From: Thermoplasmatota archaeon
GTDB taxonomy: Archaea > Thermoplasmatota > Thermoplasmata > UBA10834
DNA: 64,000 bases
Direction of reading: 5' to 3'
Assembly (NCBI GenBank): GCA_040751795.1
Contig: JBFMHR010000004.1
Span: forward strand, 160,001-224,000
Shown piece after piece: positions 56,700 to 64,000 of this stretch. Position 1 is the first letter of the stretch. Each line of letters begins with the position of its first letter. The translations under genes and the position numbers were made by a program. The notes beneath the pieces are model-generated. The model did no database searches and had not been told where the DNA came from. It worked only from the letters and a program-made list of their open reading frames with translations.

Positions 56700-57440
56700 T
56701 TACCCGAGCGCGTCGAGGGCGTCGGGGACGCCCTCCATGGTCCCGACCCTGGCGTCCGCCTCGGTGGAGGGCTCCGACGCGTGGGCCATGACCTGGACCG
56801 CGTGCATCCCGACCCTCTTCGCCCCGGCCACGTCCTTCTCCGGGTCGTCGCCGACGTGCGCGGCCGCCTTGGGGAGCGTCCTGAGGCCCTCCAGCGTCAC
56901 CCTGAAGGCCGCCTCGGCCGGCTTCCTCACCATGATCTCGTTCGAGAACGTCGTGACGTCGAAGTGCTCCAGGATGCCCATGCGCCCCATCAGGACCCTG
57001 AGCGCGGAGCCGGGGGTCTTGCCGGTGTTGGATATGAGCCCGAGCCTGTAGCCCTTCTCGGCGACCGCCCTGAGGGCCTCCCTGGCGCCGGGGAGGAGCT
57101 CCGGCGGGTGGTCGAGCAGGCTGTCGGAGTAGGCCCTCTCCACCCGGGAGATCTCCTCGTCGGCCATCTTCCCCGGGAGCCTGCACTCGATGCAGCTCAG
57201 CATGAACAGCACATGGTCCCTGACGGGCATGTCCCTGGCCTTGCCCCAGGTGAGCTCCAGGAAGGTCCCGGTCTTCCTGTAGGCCTCCTCGACCTCCCAG
57301 AGGTCGTGGGGGCGGCCTATCCCCTCAAGGATGTCCGCGATCCTGTGGACCCTGAGCGACGCGACCCTCTCCGCCCCCCCCGGGACCTCCCTGACGAGGG
57401 TGTCCCAGAGGTCGAAGGTCACCGCGATTATCTTCCTCAT
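56700..57440 (-). CDS. HAD-superfamily hydrolase
   Basis: FDLWDTL, ISN, RKP...F, HVGDD...DV.GA...GM. Confidence 0.92.
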   Translation of the reverse strand: MRKIIAVTFDLWDTLVREVPGGAERVASLRVHRIADILEGIGRPHDLWEVEEAYRKTGTFLELTWGKARDMPVRDHVLFMLSCIECRLPGKMADEEISRVERAYSDSLLDHPPELLPGAREALRAVAEKGYRLGLISNTGKTPGSALRVLMGRMGILEHFDVTTFSNEIMVRKPAEAAFRVTLEGLRTLPKAAAHVGDDPEKDVAGAKRVGMHAVQVMAHASEPSTEADARVGTMEGVPDALDALG

Positions 57441-57527
57441 CCTCTGCGCGGCCCCGTAGGCGCAGGGGCGTAATGAACCCTGGGCCTAGCGGCCGTTCAT
57501 CGCCCTCCCCGACGGGGTGGGCAATGC

Positions 57528-57535
57528 TTATATAC
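57528..57535 (+). promoter_or_regulatory. TATA box of the 5S rRNA gene
   Basis: TTATATAC about 30 nt upstream of helix I. Confidence 0.7.
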
Positions 57536-57563
57536 GACATCGTAATTAGACGGGCTCAGAGAA

Positions 57564-57786
57564 TGGTTTGACGGCCATAGTGGCGGGGCCACACCTGGTC
57601 TCATTCCGAACCCAGAAGTTAAGCCCGCCTACGTTCTCTGTGGTACTGAGGTGCGCGAGCCCTCGGGAAGCCCAAGGCCCTTGAGGCCTCTCGGGCATAA
57701 CGGCTAGGTGCGCTAGCCAGGTACCTTCGGGTACAGGGTGAACCGCACCGCTTGAACCCGTTATGCTCGTGGAACGCCGTCAGCCA
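57564..57786 (+). rRNA. rrf: 5S rRNA with a ~95-nt expansion segment
   Basis: Canonical archaeal 5S elements: GACGGCCATAG, ACACCTGGTCTCATTCCGAACCCAGAAGTTAAGC, GTACTGAGG-TGCGCGAGC-CCTCGGGAA. Helix I TGGTTTGACGGC/GCCGTCAGCCA closes 223 nt apart. Confidence 0.93.
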
Positions 57787-57811
57787 CTCTCTTCTCCACC
57801 TCCACTCCCTT
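57787..57811 (+). terminator. Pyrimidine-rich tract downstream of 5S rRNA
   Basis: CTCTCTTCTCCACCTCCACTCCCTT immediately after helix I. Confidence 0.45.
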
Positions 57812-57880
57812 GCGGTCCGCGCGACCCGTTTGGTAGGTTTTATAAGAGCACAGGGTGCTAGGCGGGCCGGAGCTGGTCGC

Positions 57881-58777
57881 ATGGCGCTGACCGAGGGCGA
57901 GAAGATCATCCTTTTGGCCGTCCTCGCGGTGCTCATGGTCTTCGTCCTCTACTTCGAGTTCAGGATCATGCGGGGCAAGGCCAAGGGCGCGCGCAGGCTG
58001 GCTGTCCGCAAGGACGAGGCGTACAACGCGATACTCACGTGCAGGTCGGTCATGAACGTGCTCGAGAGGCAGGGCTCGGACGTGTCGGAGGCCCGCTCCC
58101 TCGTGAACAAGGCGAAGTCCCACATGGAGCGGGGAGAGCACGAGACCGCCATCGACCTCTGCGAGAGGGCGAGGGACGAGCTCACCAAGGCGCGGAAGTC
58201 CCCGGCGGGGGAGGCCGCGCCCCGCGCATCGAAGGAGGACAGGTACGGCCTCGAGGCCCTGGCGGAGGAGATCGTCACGTCCGACGGGCCGGGGCCGGCG
58301 AAGGACACCTACTCCGGGTCGAAGCTCGAGGTCCAGGGCGGCCCGAGCTACCTCGTCGCCAAGTTCGAGCTGAACACGGCGAGGGAGGAGATCTCCAAGG
58401 CCAGCAGGTCTGGGAAGGACACGGGCGAGGCGTCCGAGCTGCTGAGGAGGGCGCAGGCCGAGTTCGACGCGGGCAACTACACGAAGTCCCTCTCCATGTC
58501 AGTCAAGGCGAAGAAGGCGGCTTCCCCGGAGGGCGCGGGGGAGGCCATACCCCTCAGGTCCAGGCAGCCGCACGAGCGCCCGTCCGATGCGGTGGACGGC
58601 GAGGCGGAGGACGTGGTGGACGTCTGCTCCTCGTGCGGGTCCGACATAGACGCGGAGGACGCGTTCTGCGGGTCGTGCGGGGCCAAGCGCAGGAGGGAGC
58701 GCGCGTGCCCGTCGTGCGGCCGCGCCGCCTCCGAGAGCGACAAGTTCTGCAGGAAGTGCGGCGCGAAGGTCCCCTGA
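57881..58777 (+). CDS. Membrane-anchored helical protein with a C-terminal double zinc ribbon
   Basis: N-terminal TM, two similar helical segments (G.D..EA..L...A.....G), CxxCG..FCxxCG twice. Confidence 0.85.
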   Translation: MALTEGEKIILLAVLAVLMVFVLYFEFRIMRGKAKGARRLAVRKDEAYNAILTCRSVMNVLERQGSDVSEARSLVNKAKSHMERGEHETAIDLCERARDELTKARKSPAGEAAPRASKEDRYGLEALAEEIVTSDGPGPAKDTYSGSKLEVQGGPSYLVAKFELNTAREEISKASRSGKDTGEASELLRRAQAEFDAGNYTKSLSMSVKAKKAASPEGAGEAIPLRSRQPHERPSDAVDGEAEDVVDVCSSCGSDIDAEDAFCGSCGAKRRRERACPSCGRAASESDKFCRKCGAKVP

Positions 58778-58783
58778 GCCGGT

Positions 58784-59545
58784 CTAGCGCCCGGAGTACT
58801 TGTTCCTGACGATGAGGGCGGCCAGCGCGCCCGCGCCGAAGCCGTTGTCGATGTTGACCACGCCTATCCCGCTGGAGCAGCTGGAGAGCATCCCGAGGAG
58901 GGCGGCCATCCCGCCGAAGCTCGCGCCGTATCCGACGCTGGTCGGGACCGCCACGACGGGCTTGTCGGTGAGCCCCGCGACCACGCTCGGCAGCGCCCCC
59001 TCCATGCCGGCTATGACTATGATGATGTCCGAGGACTCGAGCTGCCTCAGGTTGGAGGTGAGCCTGTGGACGCCGGCGACGCCCACGTCGTAGAGCCTCT
59101 CGACATCGCACCCCAGCATGTCGCACGTGACCGCTGCCTCCTCGGCCACGGGGATGTCCGATGTGCCGGCCGTGACGACCGCCACCCTGCCGACCCTCCC
59201 CCTCGGCTCCGTCCCCACGGCGGCGATCCTCGCCTCCGGGAACCAACGGACCCCGCCGCCCAGCTCCCGCGCGAGCATCCTGTAGGTGTCCTCCGGGACG
59301 CGGGTGAAGACGGCCTCCCCCTTCCTCGCGAGGGTCCTCCTGGCTATCTCGAGGACCTGCGCGTCGGTCTTCCCGGGCGTGTAGATGGCCTCGGGGATCC
59401 CGCGCCTGAGCTCACGGTGGTGGTCAAGCTTGGCGAAGTCGAGGTCCTCGTAGGGCATCCCCCTGAGGCGCTCCAGCGCATCGGCGACCGTGATGTCGCC
59501 CCTCGCCAGCTCCGAGAGGGTCCTCTCGATGCTCTCCCTGTTCAT
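58784..59545 (-). CDS. larB: Nickel-pincer cofactor biosynthesis protein LarB
   Basis: DHHRELRRG.PEAI, TAGTSDIPVAEEA, DVGVAG.HRL, AGMEGALPSVV, PTSVGYG, VVNIDNGFGA. Confidence 0.95.
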   Translation of the reverse strand: MNRESIERTLSELARGDITVADALERLRGMPYEDLDFAKLDHHRELRRGIPEAIYTPGKTDAQVLEIARRTLARKGEAVFTRVPEDTYRMLARELGGGVRWFPEARIAAVGTEPRGRVGRVAVVTAGTSDIPVAEEAAVTCDMLGCDVERLYDVGVAGVHRLTSNLRQLESSDIIIVIAGMEGALPSVVAGLTDKPVVAVPTSVGYGASFGGMAALLGMLSSCSSGIGVVNIDNGFGAGALAALIVRNKYSGR

Positions 59546-60348
59546 ATGTCGAGCACCTCGTCCATGCTCCCCGCCCTGTACCCCTCCAGGTCGACCGTGA
59601 CGTACGTGAACCCCAGGCCCTTCAGCCTCCTGACGAGCTCGTCCCTCCGCCCGCCACTCGCGAGCGCCGCGACCTCCGTCCTCGGCACCTCGATCCTGGC
59701 GACGGTCCCGTGCGCGCGGACCCTGGCCTGGGCGAACCCCAGGGACGCGAGCAGCTCCTCCGCCCGCTCGATCCTGTGGAGCAGCCTGGGGGTCAGCTCG
59801 TCGCCGTAGGGCACCCTGGTGGCCAGGCAGGGGCTCGGGGCCCTCGCGTGGGCGGCCAGGCCGAGGCGCTTGGATATCCTGACGACGTCCTTCTTCCCGA
59901 GGCCGGCCTCGGCCAGCGGGCTCCTGACCCCGAGCTCCCTCTTAGCCTCGAGCCCGGGCCTGAAGGAGAGCTCGTCGTCGGCGTTGGAGCCGTCCAGGAT
60001 GTGTGCGAGCGAGCGCTCGTCAGCGACCTTCCTGATCTCGGTGAACCCCGCCAGCTTGCACTTGTAGCACCTGTCCGGCGGGTTCGCGGAGAACGAGGGG
60101 TCCCTGAGGAGGTCCATCCTGACCAGGACGTGCGCTATGCCGATCCCCTTCGCGGTGGCCTTGGCCCAGCGGAGGTCGCCCCTCGGGTAGAGGGGTGAGT
60201 CGATCGTCACCGCCAAGGCCCCGTCCCCCAGCTCGTCCCGGGCGACCTTCGCCACGAGGGTGGAGTCGGCGCCGCCTGAGAAGGCGACCGCCGCGGAGCC
60301 CGCCGACCGTACGGTGGAGCGGAGCCTGTCGAGCTTCTTGTCGGTCAC
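59542..60348 (-). CDS. larE: ATP-dependent sulfur transferase LarE
   Basis: PP-loop AFSGGADS, NPPDRCYKCK, DGSN.DD...RPG, SPCLATR.PYG, RVRAHG..ARIE, DLEGYR.GSM. GTG start inferred. Confidence 0.93.
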   Translation of the reverse strand: MTDKKLDRLRSTVRSAGSAAVAFSGGADSTLVAKVARDELGDGALAVTIDSPLYPRGDLRWAKATAKGIGIAHVLVRMDLLRDPSFSANPPDRCYKCKLAGFTEIRKVADERSLAHILDGSNADDELSFRPGLEAKRELGVRSPLAEAGLGKKDVVRISKRLGLAAHARAPSPCLATRVPYGDELTPRLLHRIERAEELLASLGFAQARVRAHGTVARIEVPRTEVAALASGGRRDELVRRLKGLGFTYVTVDLEGYRAGSMDEVLDI

Positions 60349-60509
60349 GGCACCGGACTCTAACGGCGGGTGCTTATTTCTAGTTTCGCGGCGCGCGCGG
60401 TGGCGTCCGCCGCTCGCCAGAATCCTTGGGCGCCGCGGCAACGGGGTGGAACATTATATATAGCGAGGCGAGAGGTAGTGAACGTGGGCTGGGCTTCCGG
60501 AGGAATAGC

Positions 60510-60782
60510 ATGGCCGAGGAGAACGTCATCTACATCGGGAAGAAGGCAACGATGAACTACGTCCTCGCGGTCGTGTCCCAGATCAATGGCGGGTGCAACG
60601 ACGTTTGCATCAAGGCCAGGGGCAGGGCCATCAGCAGGGCGGTAGACGTCGCGGAGATCGTTCGGAACAGGTTCGTCAAGGACCTCGGGTACAAGGACGT
60701 CAAGATAGAGACCGAGGTACTGCCAGGCGAGCACGGCGAGAGCGCCAATGTCTCCTCGATAGAGATCTACATGGAACGGTAG
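60510..60782 (+). CDS. albA: DNA/RNA-binding protein Alba
   Basis: [36 protein letters not shown]; GGAGG RBS; TATA 60454-60462. Confidence 0.97.
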   Translation: MAEENVIYIGKKATMNYVLAVVSQINGGCNDVCIKARGRAISRAVDVAEIVRNRFVKDLGYKDVKIETEVLPGEHGESANVSSIEIYMER

Positions 60783-60907
60783 GGCGCGTTGCCCGGTCGC
60801 GACAGGCGGAGCACGGATGGGCCCAGTGCGCACCCTAGCCCCTCCGTCGGTTTTATCAGCGGGTAACCTAATCGTCCGGCGGGGCCTACGGCAACCAGGG
60901 TGCTGAT

Positions 60908-61684
60908 GTGATACTAGTCAAGCTAGGCGGCAGCGTCATCACGGACAAGTCGCGCCTCAGGTCGTTCAGGGCGAGCGCGTGCGAGAGGCTGGCGAAGGAG
61001 ATGCGGCCGGCGCTGCGCGAGGGCCTGCTCGTCGTCCACGGCGCGGGCTCCTTCGGCCACATAGTGGCGAAGCGGCACGCGCTCCACAAGGGGTTCAGGA
61101 GGCGCTCCCAGCTGGAGCACGTCGCGGGCGTCCAGAGGGACGTGCGCGAGCTGAACCTCAGGGTGCTCGGGGCGCTGATAGACAACGGCGTGAGCGCCGT
61201 TTCGGTGCCCCCGGCCGCCGCCTCTACCTTCGACGGCGGCGCGGTCACGAGCTTCTCCGACGAGGCCTTCGCGTCCCTCGTGGGGCTGGGCCTCGTCCCG
61301 GTCACGTTCGGGGACGTCGTGCCGGACGCGTCCATGGGGTTCTCGATCTGCTCCGGCGACCTCATGATGCTCGAGCTGGCCAAGGCCTTCAGGCCCAGGT
61401 TGGCGGTGTTCTGCGCCGACGTGGACGGCGTCTTCGACAGGGACCCGAAGCTGCACCGGGACGCGAGGCTCCTCGCGACCGTGGGCCCGTCCGACCTCTC
61501 CGATCTCTCCGGCCGGTCGGTGAACGCCGATGTCACCGGGGGCATGAGGGGCAAGCTGGAGCGCATGCTGGCCATCTCGTCCCACTGCGAAAAGTGTATG
61601 ATAGTGAACGGCAATGTGCGGGGGAGGCTGGAAGGCGCGGTCAGGGGCAGGAAGGTCCCCTCGACGGCGGTAGTGTCCAGGTAG
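60908..61684 (+). CDS. ipk: Isopentenyl phosphate kinase
   Basis: KLGGSVITDK, VHGAGSFGH, GDVV, SGD, DVDGVF..DP, DVTGGM.GK. Confidence 0.93.
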   Translation: MILVKLGGSVITDKSRLRSFRASACERLAKEMRPALREGLLVVHGAGSFGHIVAKRHALHKGFRRRSQLEHVAGVQRDVRELNLRVLGALIDNGVSAVSVPPAAASTFDGGAVTSFSDEAFASLVGLGLVPVTFGDVVPDASMGFSICSGDLMMLELAKAFRPRLAVFCADVDGVFDRDPKLHRDARLLATVGPSDLSDLSGRSVNADVTGGMRGKLERMLAISSHCEKCMIVNGNVRGRLEGAVRGRKVPSTAVVSR

Positions 61685-61694
61685 GTGCGGTCCA

Positions 61695-62774
61695 ATGGCG
61701 GGCGACGGCGAAGGGCGGCTCATAGAGAGGCGGAAGAGCGACCACATCGAGATCTGCGCCAGCGCGGACCTGGGGGTCGGCTACTCCTACTGGGACGACA
61801 TAAGGCTCATGCACAACGCGCTCCCGGAGGTGGACCTGGACGACATCGACACCTCCACGACCCTCTTCGGCAGGGAGCTCGGCGCACCCATCGTCATCTC
61901 GGCCATCACGGGCGGCTACGGCAAGGCCGAGGAGATCAACCGGACGCTCGCCTCCGTCGCCGAGCACTTCGGCCTCGGCATGGGCGTGGGCAGCCAGAGG
62001 GCGGCCCTGGAGAACCCGGAGCTGGCCTGCACCTACTCGGTCATCAAGGAGTTCGACGTCCCCCTCAGGATAGGCAACCTCGGCGCCCCCCAGCTGGTGA
62101 AGCAGGGGCTCAGGCCGCCCCTCACGGTGGAGGACGGCCGCGCGGCCATGGAGATGGTCGACGCCCACATCCTCGCGGTCCACCTCAACTTCCTCCAGGA
62201 GGTGGTCCAGCCAGAGGGCGACACGAGGGCCAAGGGCTGCCTCAGGGCGATCGAGGGCTTCGCGTCATCGCTCCCGGTGATGGCCAAGGAGACGGGCGCG
62301 GGCATATCCAGGGGCGTGGCCACGAGGCTGAGGCGCGCGGGCGTCAGGGGCATCGACGTGGGCGGCCTCGGGGGCACGAGCTTCTCCGCGGTCGAGTACT
62401 ACCGCGCGAGGTCCGTAGGCGACATGACGAGGGCCAACCTGGGCGAGACCTTCTGGGACTGGGGCGTCCCGACGCCGGTGTCGGTCGTCCTCGCGTCGGT
62501 CGGGCTCCCGGTCGTGGCGACGGGCGGCGTCAGGTCAGGGCTGGACGTGGCGAGGGCCGTGGCCATCGGGGCGGCCTCGGCCGGGCTGGCTGGCAGGCTG
62601 CTGCCCGCCGCGCTCGAGGGCGAGGAGGCCCTGGCCGCGGAGGTCGGGACGATCATACACGAGCTCAAGGCCGCCATGTTCCTGGTGGGGACGAGGAGCA
62701 TCGAGGAGCTCGGCGCAGCCAACGCCCTCGTGACCGGAAGGTCGAGGGAGTGGCTCGACAACGTCATGGAGTGA
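61695..62774 (+). CDS. fni: Type 2 isopentenyl-diphosphate isomerase
   Basis: RKSDHI, HNALPE, TGG, GVGSQR, HLNFLQE..QPEGD, KETG.G, GGT, WGVPT. Confidence 0.96.
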   Translation: MAGDGEGRLIERRKSDHIEICASADLGVGYSYWDDIRLMHNALPEVDLDDIDTSTTLFGRELGAPIVISAITGGYGKAEEINRTLASVAEHFGLGMGVGSQRAALENPELACTYSVIKEFDVPLRIGNLGAPQLVKQGLRPPLTVEDGRAAMEMVDAHILAVHLNFLQEVVQPEGDTRAKGCLRAIEGFASSLPVMAKETGAGISRGVATRLRRAGVRGIDVGGLGGTSFSAVEYYRARSVGDMTRANLGETFWDWGVPTPVSVVLASVGLPVVATGGVRSGLDVARAVAIGAASAGLAGRLLPAALEGEEALAAEVGTIIHELKAAMFLVGTRSIEELGAANALVTGRSREWLDNVME

Positions 62775-62779
62775 ACTGG

Positions 62780-63763
62780 ATGGGATTCCCGGACGACTAC
62801 AAGGACAGGGTCAGGCGCATCAACGAGAGGCTCATGGGGAGCCTCGACGTGATGGAGGAGAAGAGGCTCCGCGAGGCCATGGCCCACTACCCCGCCGCGG
62901 GCGGGAAGAGGCTCAGGCCGCTCCTGGCGACGATGGTCTCCGAGGCGGTCGGCGGGAAGGCCGACGCGGCGATGCCCTTCGGGGTGGCCCTCGAGATGGT
63001 CCACAACTTCACCCTCGTCCACGACGACGTCATGGACGAGGACGACACGAGGAGGGGCCTGAAGACGGTCCACTCCCTCTACGGCGTCCCGGAGGCGATA
63101 CTCGCGGGCGACGCCATGTTCGCGCGCGCCTTCGAGATGGTCCTTGAGTCGGATTCGCCCTCCTCCGACCTCGTCGAGCTCACGGACATCCTCGCCCGCT
63201 CGGTGCGCCTGCTCGCCGAGGGCCAGCAGATGGACATGGACTTCGAGAGGAGGGAGGAGGTCTCCTCCGACGAGTACCTCAAGATGATAGAGCGCAAGAC
63301 CGCGGTCCTCTACTCGGCCGCCGCCCAGGGCGGCGCCATAGCCGGCGGGGGGACCGAGGCCCAGCAGGAGGCGCTCTTCGAGTACGGGAGGCTCATCGGC
63401 CTGGCGTTCCAGATCTGGGACGACGTCCTGGACCTCAGGTCCGACCAGAAGACCTTCGGCAAGCCCGTCCTGAACGACATCAGGAACGGGAAGAAGACCC
63501 TCATCGCGGTCCACGCGCTCGAGAACCTCAGGGGGCGCGAGCGCGAGGAGTTCCTCGCCGTCCTGGGGAAGAAGGACGCGGAGGAGAAGGAGCTCCGGAG
63601 GGCCCGGGACATCCTCGAGGCGGCCGGCTCGGTCGACCACGCGAGCAGGGTGTCCATGGAGCTGGTGGCCAAGGCGAAGGACAGGCTGGGAGTGCTCAAG
63701 GACTCGGTGCACAAGGACGCGCTCAGGGCGTTCGCGGACTACATGGTCGCGAGGAAGACCTAG
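62780..63763 (+). CDS. Geranylgeranyl/polyprenyl diphosphate synthase
   Basis: GGKRLRP, HNFTLVHDDVMDED..RRG, GQQMD, KTA, FQIWDDVLD, GKKT. Confidence 0.95.
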   Translation: MGFPDDYKDRVRRINERLMGSLDVMEEKRLREAMAHYPAAGGKRLRPLLATMVSEAVGGKADAAMPFGVALEMVHNFTLVHDDVMDEDDTRRGLKTVHSLYGVPEAILAGDAMFARAFEMVLESDSPSSDLVELTDILARSVRLLAEGQQMDMDFERREEVSSDEYLKMIERKTAVLYSAAAQGGAIAGGGTEAQQEALFEYGRLIGLAFQIWDDVLDLRSDQKTFGKPVLNDIRNGKKTLIAVHALENLRGREREEFLAVLGKKDAEEKELRRARDILEAAGSVDHASRVSMELVAKAKDRLGVLKDSVHKDALRAFADYMVARKT

Positions 63764-64000
63764 ACCACGCCGTTCCGGGTGAGCTTGAAGTCGGCCCTCT
63801 TGCCCTCCTCGAGGTGCCGGTGCTTGATTATCACGGCGCGACGGCTGCTGGCGCCGACCTTGTCGAGCCTTATGATCGCCTTGGCGTTGTGCAGGAGCAC
63901 GTGCCCGCCGAGGGGCTCGAAAGTCCCCTTCTCTATGTCGGTGTAGACCTGCGATGTGAGGAGCACGGGCATGCCCTTGTTCCTGGCGACCATCAGGAGC
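63760..64000 (-). CDS. radB: DNA repair/recombination protein RadB, C-terminal part (5' end outside the window)
   Basis: VLLTSQVY, PLGGH.L.H..K.IIRL, R.A...KHR (RadB basic patch). Confidence 0.85.
   Translation of the reverse strand, partial: LLMVARNKGMPVLLTSQVYTDIEKGTFEPLGGHVLLHNAKAIIRLDKVGASSRRAVIIKHRHLEEGKRADFKLTRNGVV

Noticed and set aside
57692-57769. A tRNA gene nested in the 5S rRNA
   Set aside because: Cloverleaf-like, but it lacks a 7-nt anticodon loop (UUCG tetraloop instead), a GTTCRA T-loop and a standard D-loop; the closing stem is 10 bp.
57619-57936. ORFs across the 5S gene (57619-57936 minus; 5' extension 57752-57880 plus)
   Set aside because: They overlap a clear rRNA gene and have no protein features; the zinc-ribbon gene starts at 57881.
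447-63712. Many long alternative-frame and antisense ORFs (e.g. 20109-24137, 27502-30060, 12904-15024, 52836-55049)
   Set aside because: Arg/Gly/Pro/His-rich shadows of real genes, caused by high GC3 and few off-frame stops; no motifs.
15888-63763. Apparent fusions or N-terminal extensions in the ORF track (15888-18368, 42456-44339, 47147-48805, 54107-55954, 55951-57186, 61685-63763, 8768-10813)
   Set aside because: Only the C-terminal parts are recognisable proteins. The extensions overlap neighbouring genes in another frame, and internal starts fit the family N-termini.

Overview
A dense, high-GC stretch of archaeal core chromosome. Archaeal markers include aPelota, ABCE1, Alba, ArcS, RadB, IPK/IDI-2/GGPP synthase, TATA-box promoters and a stand-alone 5S rRNA gene. 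The gene set and unlinked 5S suggest a Thermoplasmatota lineage (inference). About 60 CDS cover peptide uptake and fermentation (Opp/Dpp ABC, IorAB, peptidases, D-aminoacylase), a Ni/Co ECF transporter, LarB/LarE, a TusA-DsrE-DsrH-DsrE-DsrF sulfur relay with a divergent OxsR/TrmB-like regulator, pyrBI, metG and three very large surface proteins. I saw no CRISPR array, tRNA or mobile element. The standout is the 5S rRNA gene (about 57564-57786, 223 nt). It carries a ~95-nt highly structured insertion in helix V that can fold as a four-way junction with complementary kissing loops. Other notable items: an OppC permease with a ~460-aa extracellular propeller-like insertion paired with a 1464-aa Ig-extended binding protein; an FG-GAP/PKD membrane protein with a cytoplasmic longin-like domain and an internal low-GC patch; an unannotated 28-aa ORF with its own TATA box, RBS and 3' stem-loop; a degenerate AOR-like protein; and paired operator-like boxes in the sulfur-relay promoter. 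Family assignments come from motif recognition by eye, with no database searches. Several start codons were re-chosen relative to the ORF track.
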